64,000 nucleotides of DNA from Glaucostegus cemiculus (GCA_976551045.1 CDPCPM010000176.1:3844001-3908000), one strand, 5' to 3'. Positions 1-16,754 are shown, counted from the stretch's first letter. The notes: generated by a model not told the origin, from the letters alone. Made by a program: numbers and translations.

Positions 1-796
1 TTACGGTTCATCTTGAAAATAACTATCTTAAATTAGGTAACGTATACTCATTGCATTCTGCAGGTAACTTTGTGTTTGTGAAAATCTGTACAAGAAAGCT
101 GCTTGTTGGGCATTTTCATGGAGGGATTAACATTAGACATTTGCAAATTGCCACGACCAAGTACACTGATCTAGGGAAGTGCTCTTGGCCACCACAGGGT
201 CCATTAATTCAGTAATGCATACTGCACCAATAATGTTCTGGTCATTAGGTCACCAGTAAAAACTTTAAGGCATTGAGGTCCACATAACCTTCATGCACTA
301 TGCAATGTGGATAAGAGGTTAAGTGGATAAGGGCTGGATCTGACTGGGAAAGGTCCACCGGTCAGGTTGTTAGACGGAGATATGGGTCAGTAGATGATGG
401 GAGCTGTGAACCAGGGCTTTGTGGACAAGAGGGCCATGGATCAAGATGAGGTTGGCACTGGAGGACTGATGCTTCAGGGAGATGGGTGGGGGGGGGGGGC
501 CATTGAGGAAGTCTTGCCCTCATCACTGGATGGAGGGAGAGCAGGTCTCGCAATGCAACCCAGAAAGGACTGTAATTGTGAAAAATATCCAATCTCCGTA
601 TATAAAATCAGCTGTGCTTGTCTGAATTTCAAGACCACTCTCCAAATGAAGTTTACTACATAATGATTTTCAGTTCAGGTACCTGCCACATGCAACAGTA
701 TTATAATCCTCATTCTAATGGTTGCATGCACAGATTTTCTTGCAAAACCACCTGGTTCTTGTGTGCATGAATATCCCAAGCATGTAGCGAGTCTCA

Positions 797-961
<165 letters not shown>

Positions 962-1093
962 TTAATGCTCTGCTCGTTTAATGCTTGAACTATGCCTTAT
1001 CTGAAAGCACATTATAAATCAAGGATCCCAAATGTCATCAACATTCAAGACCAAAAATAGTGGCCATATAGTTCAATAGAGCACAAACAGGTT

Positions 1094-1715
1094 ATGGCAT
1101 TCATAAATCAAAATATTGAGTATAGGAGTTAGGATGTTACAGTGAGGTTGCATGAGACATTGGTGAGGCCAAATTTGGAGTACTGTGTGCAGTTCTGGTC
1201 ACCTAACTACAGGAAGGATATCAGTAAGATTGAAATAGTGCAGAGAAGATTTACTAGAATGTTGCCAGGTCTTCAGGAGCTGAGTTACAGGGAAAGAATA
1301 AACAGGTTAGGCCTTTATTCCTTGAGCGTAGAAGAATGAGGGGAGATTTGGGATAGAGGTTTACAAAATTATGAGGGGTATAGACAGAGTAAATGCGAGT
1401 AGGCTCTTTCCACCTAGATTAGGAGACATAGGTTCGAGAGGACATGGCTTTAGGGTGAAAGGGGAAAAGTTTAGGGGGAATATTAGGGGGAACTTCTTCA
1501 CTCAGAGTGGTGGGAGTGTGGAACGGGCTGCCATCTGACGTGGTAAATCCGGGCTCACTCCTAAGTTTTAAGAATAAATTGGATAGCTAGATGGATGGGA
1601 GCGGTCTGGAGGGTTATGGACTGGGCGCAGGTCAATGGGACTAGCGGAATAAAGTTTTGGCACACACTAGAAGGGCCGAATGGCCTGTTTCCTGTGCTGT
1701 AGTGTTCTATGGTTT
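1094..1715 (+). mobile_element. CR1 LINE 3' fragment, 5'-truncated and well preserved
   Basis: ORF2 C-terminus LVRPNLEYCVQFWSP...IEIVQRRFTRMLPGL..LSYRER; CR1 tail gggccgaatggcctgtttcctgtgctgtagtgttctatg. Confidence 0.92.
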
Positions 1716-2189
1716 GTGGTTAACAAGAATATCAATACAATTTCAGCAACATTACATGCCTGAGAAATAAGTATTTTGAGGATTGACATATAAAGGTCAG
1801 AGCATTCCTAAAATTAGCATTTACTTGAGCTATTTCATGACAGAAATCATCCCTTAGAGACATTGATTTTGATCGCTGCCTCTGGAGGAGAGAAAGATGC
1901 AACTGGTCATATTTACTTATAGCTTAAAATGGGGTGAGAACTGGGGTGGAGGAGTTCAGGGGCAGAAAAATGGGGAAGTCAGTGTGGGGAGGGTTATCAG
2001 GGACCATGTGGGGAAAAAAGATAGAAAATATGATGTGATTTCACTTGAGTACCTCACGTGAAAAGAAAAATATTTCCATATTTTGCAGAATATCCTGCTC
2101 GATTGCATCTGCCCTGGTGATATCCAGATTGGGAAAGTTGAAGGAAATTAGTTCTAACAGGATTAACAAATTCACAGGGTCTGTCTGCA

Positions 2190-3712
2190 TCCCAGAGAAC
2201 CCAAGGAGGTGGCCCCAGACGTGGCATCCATTGTAGTGGTCACGTTCCAACATTCTTTAGACTCTGGATCAGTTCTTACGGATTTATGAATGGCTAATGT
2301 AACTTCATCATTTACAAAGAGGGAGAAAGAAAACAGGACACTACAGACCAGTTAGCCTGACATCAGTAGTGCAGAAAATACAAGAGTTTGTTATTAAAGA
2401 TGCAACAGCAGAGCATTTGGAAGTGTGACAGGATCAGTCAAAGTTCACACGGATTTATAAAAGGGAGATCATATTTGATAATTTACTGGAATTTGAGGGT
2501 GTAACCAGTAGATTGGACTGGGGACAACTAGTTGGTGTTGTGTATTTGGACTTTCAGAAGGCTTTTGACAAGGTCCCACATCAGAGATTAGTGTATAGAA
2601 TAAGAACACATGGGGTTGGAGGTAATGTATTACCATCTGTTGGAGAACTAGCTGGCAGACAAGAAGCAAACCACTTCTTTACCCAAAGATTGTGGTGTTC
2701 TCCAACACAGAAGGCAGTTGAAGCTGTCATTAAATATATTCAAGGAGTTAGATAACTCTTGATCCAGAAGAGTAAGATCCATGTGCCTTTTCTGCGCTGC
2801 AGGCAGTGACTGGTAGGATACCCCTGGCTTCACAATACACATCAATAATTCAGATGCCAGGAATTAAATGCATCAGTTCCATGTTTGCACAGCTGGGTAC
2901 AACTGAGAGCGGTGAGGAGGGTGCAGAGAGGTTCATGGCGATTTGGGCAGGTTGAGGGAGTGGGCAAATACATAGCAGATGCAGTAGGATATGGACAAAT
3001 GTGAGGTTATCCACTGTGGGGGCAACAGCAGGAGGGCAGAATATCTGAAAGGTGAGGAATAGGAAAGGGAAAGATGCAATGAGACCCGAATGTCCTTGTG
3101 CACTGTCTCGGCAAGCATGAAGGTGCAGCAATGGTACATTGGCCTTCACAGCAAGACGAATTGCATACAAAAATCAGGAATACTTTACTGCAATTGTACA
3201 GGGCCTGAGTGAAACCACAATGAGTACTGTGTGCACTTTTGGTCTCCTTATCCAGGGAAGGATGTGCTTGATACAGAGGGAGTGCGCAACTAAGGTTTAC
3301 CTGATTGACTCCTCAGGTGGCAGGGCTGACACATGAAGATAGATTGGGATTATATTTGCTATAGTTTAGGAGAATAAGAATTGCCTCATTGAAACACAAA
3401 GTTCTTGGACGTGACAAAGATGTTTCCAATGATGGGAAACTCCAGAAGCAGGAGTCACAGTTTAAGGATACGAGTTAGGTCATTTAGGACTGAGATGAGA
3501 AGCTTCTTCACCCAAATGTTGTGATGGTCCCCCACATCGAAGGCAGCTGAGGCCAACTCCTCCTTGAATATATTTAATGACTAAAGAGATCAAGGGATAT
3601 AGGGAGAAAGCAGAAACAGGGTATGAATTTAGTGATAAGCCATGAAAATACTGAATAATGGAGTATCATCGACCGGCCAAATGGCGTACTCCTGCTCCTA
3701 ATTACCATGCTT
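2190..3712 (+). mobile_element. Degenerate, rearranged CR1 LINE (RT remnant plus 3' end)
   Basis: Motifs YRPVSLTSVV and VYLDFQKAFDKVPH with many frameshifts; tail ggccaaatggcgtactcctgctcctaatt. Confidence 0.88.
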
Positions 3713-4929
3713 CAATATCACCATTTTCAAGATAACACAGGTTGACTTCACTTCAGGCTTGTAACTGGAATCCCTTTTGACTGGCAGCTGTGGGGTGGTT
3801 TTGGCTACTTGTGGGTTTGCTGCATTCAGGCAAATTCAAATAGTCTCCAATGCTAAGCCTAGCTTCTAGCCACTGAATCGATATATCAACTGCAAAACCA
3901 GGTAACTTGTCCCTGCAACTTATGTCACAGAACAGTGGAGCAGAGCTCTCATGTAATCAAGTTTCTGTCAGAAATATCTTAAAACAATATTTTACGTACA
4001 GTGTTAAACCATATTCTATTTCTGGCGCCCGAAACAAGGGACTACTCTGTGCAGAAATTCTACTTCTTCCTGTTCCAACTCTATTCACTTTTATTGTCTT
4101 CATGTTAGAATGCTCAACACATTTGTCCTTTAAATTAACTTACTGGCCAAAAAGTGCAATGAGCAGCTATGTTCTTTTCTGTGCTACAAACAGGGCAAAA
4201 ACAAAAATCCTTCTTATGAAGAAAGGAAAACAATTACATTTGTTTGAGGGAAATCACACGTCAGATACACTCCTAGTGATATCATTCACAGTGGAGAGGG
4301 ACTGCAGAAGTTAGTCAAGCCCCAGAGCATATCCTGTCTCTGACCACTGAACATAAGCAGATTTTAATAGTGCTGAAAACAAGACCTTCCTGAGCAGGTC
4401 CCAACCTGACATGGGGAACCCAAAGCAAGAGTCTGTTAAAATAACTTAATGTGCATTACTCATGTCTTCTACTGTTCCCTCTCACAGCACTAACCCCAGC
4501 CCTTCTCCAGAACTGTCAGCCCATCAGCAACCACCCTCAGGGTCTTACCCATTGGCCCAAATCACCTCCTCCTTCCCCAACCCCCGATCCTGCTCCCCAA
4601 CATATTCTGACCCAACCGTACCAACCTCCCAACCCCAACTCATTATTCTCATGAGATCCCTCAAAAGCCTGATACTCTAACCTCAGTCAAGCCCAATCTA
4701 ATGACCTGATCCCAACCACTGGCCCTCAGCCCAAGACCTAATTTCCTTCCTGGACTTACCTGCCATTTTCCTTCTCATGGTCCACAAATAAGGAATGGGA
4801 CAACTTGGGAAGGAAAGCGTGCAAGGGCAATTCAGGAGCACTACTGTCTTTTCAAGTCACTGGTGTGCAGCATTATGGTGTATTAACACACCCGTGGGCA
4901 CTGAATCCCTAAGCCACACTGACCAACAT

Positions 4930-5174
4930 AGGTGAGTCCAGGTAATAGGGATAAGGTAGAAGGGTGGGGGTGGGGAGAGGGCCCCACCCCACCTACCTTC
5001 CTCCTATCACCCGCCTGCATGTGCTTCTCCCCCTCCCCTGACCACCTTATTCTGGCTTCTGCCCTCTTGCTTTCCAGTCCCGATGAGAGGTCTTGACCTG
5101 AAGCGTTAACTGTTTATTTCTCTCCATAGTGCTGCCTGACCTGCTGAGTTCCTCCAGCATTTTGTGTGTTTTGC
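4930..5174 (+). mobile_element. Penelope-like non-autonomous fragment with short inverted 5' part and decayed hammerhead core
   Basis: Same family as 39310-39886 (gctgcctgacctgctgagttcctccagcattttgtgtgt); core decayed to cCGATGA...GAAG. Confidence 0.75.
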
Positions 5175-5455
5175 CAAAAGGATATGCAGATAGGGCAGAA
5201 AACAAGCGTGAAGACAGACTAGCTAAAGTAAAACAGGTTAGAGGGGCTATATAACTTACTTGTGGTCTTATGTTCTTGGGCTGGTCCCTGTCTTGATCTC
5301 ACTGATCTGAAGAAATTACATTTTTTCTGTAGAAAAGTATTTTTGAATTACAGGCAAAGCCTTTTGTTTAACCTCACTGTGCTAATATTTTAGAAATGAG
5401 TTTTAAATTGTTTACTTCATGCTTGAAGCTATGAGTTCTATATTTACATTGATTA

Positions 5456-5647
<192 letters not shown>

Positions 5648-6079
5648 TTAAGTGTTGCTAATTGAGTATTTATAAACATTAAATAAAATCTTACAACAAG
5701 CACAATAAAAAGTGACTTTGAGAGGCAATAATGAGACACAAAGGAATCTAAAAAACATATCTTTAGACGGTGATTTGAAAGTAAGAGATTATATTTGACC
5801 GTACATCATACATTAAAAAGTGTGAAACTTAATTCCTTCAATTTAGAACAAATTAATTAGCTGTAATGTAGCAATTTTCATAACTTAGGAAGCAGCTGTT
5901 AATATTTTATAATAGAGAGTACACGTCAAAACAAAGCTGACAATATACACAAGGCATATCAACTCTAAGATTCTGGGAGAAATGTACTCTGAAAAGCGCC
6001 ACTGGTTTCTTTGATGTTTACTTGCTGGAGTAAATATAGTGTAATCTTTCAACGAGCAGGCTAGATTACACAACAAAGT

Positions 6080-6146
6080 CTGGGTCAGAGCTTAAACTCA
6101 TGATGTTCTAACTGAGAGCTGACTGCTCCCACTGAGCCAAGGCTGA
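6080..6146 (-). mobile_element. Old tRNA-derived SINE head
   Basis: Minus strand reads tggctcagtggg (A-box-like) ... gagtttaagctc (B-box-like). Confidence 0.4.
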
Positions 6147-7697
6147 TATCAATTAAGGTGGTACGAATTTCAGTCAACAAGCCAAGTCAGAACATGTTTG
6201 ATCATTGGCTGTACGGATAATGGACATGAAATGGAAAGAATGAACTAGCAGATTGATTCTTTTGAAGGGCCAATGTGGCTATAATGAACTCAGTCTCCTG
6301 CTCTGCTGGAAGCTATTGTATTGATTCAGCATCACACAGAATTTCTCCAACAGCTGCTTCGGACCTAGACGCTCGTATTTGAATACAAACTGCCCCATCC
6401 TACAACTCTTCATCAAAACTGGAAATATAATACATTTGTTTGTTATCAATTTGAGGTGGCAGTTAGTTGCTAACATTTCTTGCAAAAGCTCAACTTTAAG
6501 TTATTCTATCTTGTGTCAGACACCTTCAGCAAGAATGCACAACTCAAGGCGAACCAAACATTGACTGCAATTCCTATCCTAAGGGTGTGTGGGGAATTCA
6601 GTGTTAGTACTGAACTTTTAAACAGGATGCAAGTTGGAAAGGAAATCCTTAAGTATTTGTTGATGCAAACACAGCTTTTCTTCGGGACATCTGTGTGATG
6701 ATGACACTAAAATAAAAAGTCATCATCTAAATAGCAAGATGTCTGATCTGCTCCAGGTTCTGGCCTCAACAGCTGTTCACAAGCGATTGGGGGAAACATT
6801 TGTAAACAAGTTTTAGATTGCTGATGAACTCAAAACACATCCCTATCAGGCAGCTTTGCTGTGTTAGTGCCTGGACATCAATTTCTAGATGAGACAAAGA
6901 GGAGGGAAGATGAAACAAAAGAGAAGGTTGGATCAAATTATCGTCAATATGATTTTTGGATCTAAAGCAGAATGCTCAAAAGAGAGGAGGGGTGAACTTG
7001 CAAGGAGTCATAGATAAAGTATTTTAAGTGTTCACAATGGCGAGTTCTGTTTAAAATCATCTAAAGGATTAAAAAAATATTCAGTACTAAAAGGGGTCAC
7101 TTGCAGGGGAAATACAAGAGGATTGACCACCTCTGTAGCGAGGGAGGGGTTATAGAGGAAATACTACAGTCAGATGTGTTGAGTTGTGTTTTTCTGTGAG
7201 CCTGAGCTGTTTTATCCCACCCAGATGGGTTCATGCTGAACTGAGTATCTGTTGGAGAAATTATTACATATGAAAGGCCTCAAATGCTAAAAGATTTAAT
7301 TGATTCTAGAAGCTTCAAGGTGATAAAAAACATCAACCTGATTGCTCGGTAACATAAAGGCACTCTGGTGGCTCAGTAATGAAAGACCCAACCGTCAAAC
7401 GCTCCACATTATTACAAGAGCTAACAAATATGGTTACATCTCAGCTGAAGAATGCAGACTGAATAACATGAACTCCAGAAAGTTCAAGGACTGCAGCATT
7501 AAATGTTCTGATCAGCTAGGTACTGAACACACGGAGTGAAGCCAGTGAGGAGTAAAAGAAAACAGAAAAATTCAAAAAGCCTTCAGTTCAAATGCATCTA
7601 CTGAAGAGCATCTCTTTGGGTAACCTTGAGCGCAGTACTTCTACCAAAATGCTTAGAACAATACTTTATTCTTATAAACACTATACAAAAGGTATTA

Positions 7698-8075
<378 letters not shown>

Positions 8076-9378
8076 TCAATATATCTTCTAAAAATAATCC
8101 TTTTTGGTTAATAAATCAAACCAAGGTTTGTAAAATGAATAAAAAGCAAAAGTCTCTTTAAATGCTGGAATGCATTTTACAAACAAGTTGGAAATTTCCA
8201 CTGATTTAATCAAGTTTATCGTCTGCACCTCAGAAAGTTACGGCCAGGATAGTGAATCGAACGCATTTCAAAGCTTACCACTTGAATTTATCAAAGGAGA
8301 TGCTGTAGTTTTAAAACATGGGTTTGGCGTAGATTCTAACTAAATTACAGCCACATTTAAACCAGGTGAGTATTTAGGGATGACTAAACCACCCAAAGGC
8401 AGGACAGCGAATAATGTTGGAATGAAAATCTAGTGCAGTAATATTTTAATATCAGTAAAGGCAGTTTAAATTCAAAACACGTCTCTTCAGATTGTAAAAT
8501 GTTAGCCACCATAAATGTTTTAGTGCCTTTGTGTAGCTGAAGACACTTACTATTATCCATCAGTAAAGGGCTATATTTTGTTCTCTGACTTATTAACTTC
8601 TATTTGAGGAGAATGTTTAAAACAAAACATTCAATTGCATTTAACTGCTGAGGCCAAGTAGATTAAATACCAACATACATAAATTTGCTAACTACATAGC
8701 TCAATGAGATTAGTGAATCTGATATGAAATACAGATCTCAATCCAGAGTCTGTGTAGAATTTACTCATTATAGTTACAGACGTTTGCACATTGGATGTGG
8801 AGCTGGTGCAACTGATTTCCAAAGCCATGGATTAGAAACCTTCGTTTGTTGTCTATGTAAAAGCAGAAGAATTTGTGTCTGGGATACACTGGGCTCTCAA
8901 TACAAACAGGGCTCAACACTTCATGTTGGCTAAAGAACGACGACCAGTGGAAACACATCACAAAGATCAAAATTTGCAGAGCATCACGGTAAAGAAAGAA
9001 AAATATAATTTAGAAGGAATAAACCATTGACCATTTTCTAGGTGGAAATGTTTCATGTTCTTGTAAATGTCTTGCACTAAGATGGCCACTAGGGCTGCTC
9101 TGTAACCAGTCAATTGATGCTGCCAAAAGTACCGCGGAGAATTTGGCTCCACTTGCATCAGCTTATATTAAAGTGGCTGAAACCAGGCCAACAAGCTTTT
9201 GGGGAAAGCTTGGATGTAACCCCATGTCATTCTATTCTCTACAAGTTTGTACTGGAATTTCAATGCTAAACCTGCATTTAAATATCTTCATTGTATCAAC
9301 AAAAATACATGATGAAATAATGACACATGCAAGGGAAAAATCAGATAATGCTCTAAAATGCGCTATAAAACTGCTTTA

Positions 9379-9723
<345 letters not shown>

Positions 9724-10190
9724 TCATGAATTACTCGAATTTTGTTCAGAGTTGGATATCTCCCCATGCAATCATCATCTCTTAGCCATGAAGATACTTC
9801 AGAATGGTTTTTTTTAAACTTGGTCATAAAACAGTAATCTAAGATAATTACCTTAAGTGAAATGTCAAAACTAGACATCACTAAAAGTTAATATAATTTG
9901 ATGCTAACATAGCCAATTACAGCATTAATGTCTATGAAAGTGCATGGGCCAGACACAGACATACTAGCAAGGCAGGGCCACAGGTATATGGTCACAACAG
10001 ATTTAGCATAGATGGTCAGTACATACAGACTAAAAAACAAAATAACCAGCAGAGACTGTATGTCCCATCGCCAGATGCAGCCTCCCTAAAGAGAAATTGG
10101 CAAGGAACAGCTACGAGTCCTACCTGCGTTAATTTATAATCACGGCAGGGAAAACAATTTAAAAACTTGTTTTGAAAAAGAATTGCATCA

Positions 10191-10352
<162 letters not shown>

Positions 10353-11690
10353 TCATAAAAAAAGGGCAAGTTATTTTGTTGAAGCAGATTCTACCAAAAT
10401 TACTACTCATAATTGAAACACAAGTCTTACATGTATTGAGTGTGTAGGACACCCAGAAACAGTACATAGTTGGGAAATCATATGACAGTAATGTTGCCCC
10501 CAACTCTGCCCGCCCACCTCTAGGTATAACAAATGCAGTAATGACATTGTGATGGAGCACATTTACAGTAGCACATAGAGATGGATTAATAAAAAGAAAG
10601 CACATCTATGCTCAGCACATCCAATTCAATATCATAAATGCAAATTAATTTTACATACTGCATCTCTCAATTTGCATGCTTAAAAAGCTTTCTTTCACCA
10701 GTTTCATAAAGATTAAGAATCTCTAGCATTTACTGAAAATGACATTCATGAAGTATGCCACAGCACAGAAAAATAGCTCAATAACTGATACCACTGGAAG
10801 TGCCAGTAACTAATTTGGAGTTTCTATTAATGCATATTTCTAAAATTCGCCACAAATCAAATACAAAAATAATTTGTACATTGGCATACCATCGATGCAA
10901 CCACCATTTCAAAATGCCCTTAGTGCCTCACAGAATGTTAATTTTAATTTCCCTCATTTTCAGGAAGTTCGTGTTTGAAACCTATTTAGCTGCTGATTTC
11001 ATCTTCAGGAGTAAACACTTTCAAAATTTCAAACCGATTGGCTCCAAACATTGGTCAAAAATGAAACTGAACCCAGAATTGAAAGGCCTATGTACTTTCC
11101 AGCTCTAGCCTTGCCATTAGATTAACAGATATATGATTAACAGGAGATCATCTGTGGAGCCATGAAGAATAAAATTTTAGGTTATTTTGGAACAAAAAAA
11201 AGGGACTGATTGCAAGCTCCAGCTTTAAGCATTTTCCCATTTTATTCTGACCCACCCTATATGAAATTAGACTAGTCTTCTAAATATTGATACTTTTCCA
11301 TTAAAGTGCTCTAAAATTTTATAATTCCTTAATTACTAACAAAATTCCTTCTGAAGGTAATTTTCTTTAGTCGTGCACGTTAAGAGTGTATAAAAACTGA
11401 AAGATAGAAACTTACAGCTGCTGCAGAACCACGCAAGTTTAACAATTAATATTCACCCATGCAGGTATTTCAGTTGTTAACTGTAATTCGATCAACATTA
11501 GATATTATCCACAGTAAGAACAAAGATGGAAAGATGGATGAAATTAAAAGCCTTCCTTTGGATTACAGCCAGACACTTAACTGCAGTAGTTTTATCCAGA
11601 ATTGACTTAATAGGATCAAAAATTACCATTTTGACAGATCCAAAGAAACAAGTAATCTTTCCGTGTATGCACATATGTTAGGGTGCACTA

Positions 11691-11858
<168 letters not shown>

Positions 11859-14800
11859 CTAGAAGTCGGAGAGAAAAAATATTTGGTCAGGAGGACAGAA
11901 ATCCTAGCCCATTTCTAGTTGCAGAGTTCAGTCAGCACAAGACACTGAGAGAAAAACAGAACCAGACAGGAAGATAATCACAATATAGTTTGGTAATATG
12001 ACAAAGATGCACAGCTCAGGCCAGAATACGTTATGTATGATGTGCAGTTAAATCATAGTTACATAGCTAGTTGCACATCAGCTCCATGGGAGCAGTGGAT
12101 GGATGTAAACGCACATTTGTAGAGGACGTCACCATCCTATTAGATTACAAAATTAGGACTCTGAGATGTGACGTGACATTAGAAACTTAAAGCCAGAAAG
12201 TTTCCATTTGCTGCACTGATCTAGCAGTTATGTTACAGACAAAACTCAGCCAAAACAAAACCACTGACTGGGGAGTCTCACAATTGTATCATTAATCTAC
12301 CTGGGGCCTCCTCACTTATAGAGGAATTCTAAAAACTGGTACAACTATTAAGGTCTATCTTAAAACCTTAGATTTTAAGGATGGCTCTCAGTAGTTGTAC
12401 CCACCAATGAACTTTTCTTTCATGTGACTGTTCTCCACATATTCCTACTGTTTTGCAGTAATTTTTTGACAGGGAAATAAATTTCTCACAACAATCTATT
12501 TTGATTAATATTCGGCAAAACCAGACACATTTTATCAGAGTTGTTCAAACACCAGGATTTAATCTTGAAAGGGCAGAGAACTGATTTCTTATCTCAGTGG
12601 GAAGCTTTGAGTATAAAGCTACATAATGTGTCTTACTAGAGAAATAGAAAAAGAAATTCAGGAAGGGAAAGCGCTTGGAACAGCTAAAATTATTGTAAAG
12701 ACAGTCTATCTTTTGTTTTACCTTTCCTTGGGCAATAAAGAATTGGGCAAGTTACCTTTGGGTGGCTGAATAGAAGAATAAGGCAAGATGGGAAGTAATT
12801 ATTGGAAGGCTTGAGAAGAACGTAAACACAGAGACCAGATGCATTAAATGCCCGTTTCACTCTGTAGACTAGGCCATGCAGATTGTGAAGGAATAGTTCA
12901 ATGGGTGATGTTCACAATAATATCTGCAACAAGCTGTAAGCTAATAGGGTTCACTGGTAAATAATGCCTACATTGTCAGGGTATCTGAAGACAACTGTAG
13001 TCTTTGGAACTGTTCTTCAACCAGTGAGTCACCCCTTTGAGGAGGAATAAAATTTGTAAGAAAATAGGGTAAGAGAAAGACAATTCACAGGTTGACCAAC
13101 TTTTCCTTTGAAGTCCGCCCTCGTGAACTTTCGTCAAGGTTTCTTCTACATTTGCTTCCACTCTTTTCGAAAAGGTCAGTAAATTTAACCAATGGATATT
13201 TGTCAAGCTCAATCAAATGATCCCGCACAAATATTGAGTACGTGAATGTTGGTGAACCGATCATGGATACTGCACAGTATTCTCTCCATGAACACTCACA
13301 GCAGAAGGTCACGAGAGAAAATCTGCCCTGTAGGCCTTCCTAGCTCCTAGAAATAAAGCTGTATTGTGTTGATCACTACTGTAAATGCAGCTCTCTTCAT
13401 CTGTGGGTTTCAGCATCACACACAAAGCACTTACATAACACCTCAAGCCACATGTACGATTCCAGAATAAGAAGTGTTGGATCAATGGATAAAGACTTTT
13501 CCACTGTTTGAATACAGCACTATTTTAACTGTACAATGTCTGTATGTATCTGTTTAGGCTCTTTTAAGATCAAGTCAGGTGAGACTTCAGATTAATTGTT
13601 ACTTTAGACAATTAGCTCAAACATTGGAGTGGAGTGTGTAGTTTGGCTCTCAGTGCACAGGGCTTTCTTTGTATGTTCGAGGTCGGGGCCTCTGATCTTC
13701 AGCAAGTCACACTGGAGCTGGAATGAAACCTCCAGAAGCTGGCTGATTGATGTATGATGATGGATGACGGGGAAGACAGATAACTTGCTAACAAGTCTGA
13801 TCAAAATTGATATTTCGCAATCTATTTTTTCCTCCTTCTTGGTGCCAAAAAGATCTAGATCTCCTTTACTATTCATAGAAAGGGCACCGCCCACCAGTTA
13901 GCCCAACCTTTAACTCTGGGTCAAATACAACTGTACATGAAGAGCCTTCACAACCACACACCATCCCACCACAGTTACCCAGAGAGAGGAAAAAAAAGCA
14001 TCTGAGAAAGCATTCACACAGTTTGCAATATGACTGAATAAAATTAGGTTACAGTATTCTGACTGTTTTAACACATATCCTTTAAATCCTTCTGTTCAAC
14101 TTTATTAGTACAACTATTTGGTGTATCTTCCTGCTAATCACACAAATAACCTGTGTTCCAAGCTGCTATTCTCAATTAACATCCTCAAGCTTCCCCTGAG
14201 TTGCCACTGATATGCAACTTCCACTGAGCTAAACCTGGAGAATCACTAACTGGAATCCAACCTAGGAAAGACCATTTTTCCACTTCTCAAAAGCAGCTGT
14301 CAGATTTGTGTAACTTTGTTTTATCCTCCACGAGCTCCCACATTATGACAACATATTCTCACTTCAATGAGGACTGGCTTTGGCGAGAGATCTATTTATA
14401 AATAAGAGAATCTATAAAGCCATTCCTCCCTTAAAATGACATTAGTGAAATGTACTTTCCCCTGCCCCTCATTCTGTATTTTAGACTGACAGTCAACTTG
14501 AGCCATTTTATTTAGAAACAGAGAGCATTCTAGACAAAAAAATCATCATGTTACAACAAAATCAAGCACTCACTGAATTTTAAACAGTTATAAGCAAAAT
14601 ATATCAGAGCTGCATTGGCATAATTGCATTTGAGAATAATAAATTCCATTTTTCTGGGACTTATTCCATAAACACACAATCTGTACAGGGTGATGTTTAA
14701 AATCTGAGTTCAGAAAGACTATGGCAACACAAATTGATTCTTTGCCAACATCCCCTGTAAACCAATCTGTCCATTACAGTCTAACTAAAACATCAAAACA

Positions 14801-15386
14801 CATTCATTTCAGCGGTTGCTCTGAGAGAGCAAAGATCAACCCATTGCAGGTTTGCATTTTAACACTGGTGAAACATAAACTATGAGCTTGCAGTTAGTAC
14901 ATTGATCCAATATAGAATACATCTTGAGTAACTATCAGCTGTTTTAAAAAAGTGATCAGAAGCAAATCTATGGCAAAAGTAGAACAATGCAGTTAATCCT
15001 GAAGTGAGAGTACAACAGAAAAGAACTTCCTTAAATTAAACATTTTCTTTCCCTCTGATTAGAAATATACTTTAGAATTTGTTTTCTTCCTGCTGGTATG
15101 AGTAGCAGCAAAAATTTTCACTGCGTTTCGTTCCCAGTGTTACTGGGATCTTGGCATTAACTAGAGCAGAAGAGGATCTCTAATTGTCACATGATTTATC
15201 TCCATGGGGAGGGATTCTACCCTTCCTTGCTGTTAGAAGACGAGAACCAGGAAACAAGACTGCAGCCTGGAACATGGTGCGGCACTGCAAAGCACCCGTC
15301 AAGGTATTACCACTGCCATTGACAATGGTTGATTGCTAGGTATTACTAAATCTAGGTTTGCCATGATACAAATTGCAGAAGATTCA

Positions 15387-15581
<195 letters not shown>

Positions 15582-15766
15582 TCATACCTCATTAACGGAA
15601 AAAGAATGCATCAACTATTTGTTTTACTTCATACTTAACTATATCAGCTGCAGTAATGGCACTAAAATTAATCACTAAAATGGTTTCAAACATTATGGGA
15701 ATGATGAGAAACAATCCTATACAAATTTAAATTTTCTTTCTTTGCACAATCATGGTAAAATACTTA

Positions 15767-15862
<96 letters not shown>

Positions 15863-16754
15863 TCAATTTGTGCAACTTCTAAGTTTCTCCTGTCTCACGG
15901 ACTATAATAAGGAACAGTTGATCATTTTCATTGCTGAAGACATTTAAACATAATTATTAATAGTCTTTAAGAGAATAAGCAAGCAGAAAACATCACAGAA
16001 AAACATTTACAATAGTCAAATTAGCATCTTAATTAGAAATTTGAATTCTAATCATGGAACTTGGAAGAAAAAGCTTTATAGAAAAAAAAGACAAGTCATT
16101 TAGTGTCAGAAAGGATGGAAAAGCCTTAATAAAATTTTTGCAACATATCATTTTTCAGTAGAAAGGGATTCACAACCTTATCCATAATCAGCATCCTTTA
16201 ATTACTAATACTATTAAAGGGTGTAAATTCCTTCCTACTGAAAAATAAATGTTCATGTCCACGAACAGAAGATTATTCTGCCATAAATCCACAGGTTTCA
16301 GAGATATAAGGCAACATTATTTAATGTCATCCAAAGATGAACAGACATAATTTATTTCAAAATACAGATTGAAACAAACACAACTTTTGAACTTTTAATT
16401 GAAAAAGATTTTGTCATCAATTATAAGCCTCAAGGTAAAAACAATTTCTTCTTTTAAAAATTATTAGTATCTTGTGGGAGAAAATAGACTTCCTGCGATA
16501 ATTAAACATACGGCCTCACAGATGGATCCTGCTTCAAACGTCACTCAGCTGATAGTATCTAGGTCTCCACTTTCCAGAGTCAGGGAACAGTTCAAATGAT
16601 CAATGTTCTTTCCTGTCAACACAACCTATAACCATGGCTGGAAAGCCCACCAGGTCAAGTATTGAGCAGGACCAAATCTAAGTTAGTGATAACTCCACAG
16701 GTGAACATTCAGTTCATCGTGATCATAGTTCACGTGGAGACTTCAATCAAAATA

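Noticed and set aside
481-500. G-quadruplex / poly-G element (also 39550-39590)
   Set aside because: Simple homopolymer or part of a repeat body; no independent evidence of function
5075-5112. Active hammerhead ribozyme
   Set aside because: Both core boxes are mutated (CCGATGA, GAAG) and it is antisense to the host transcript
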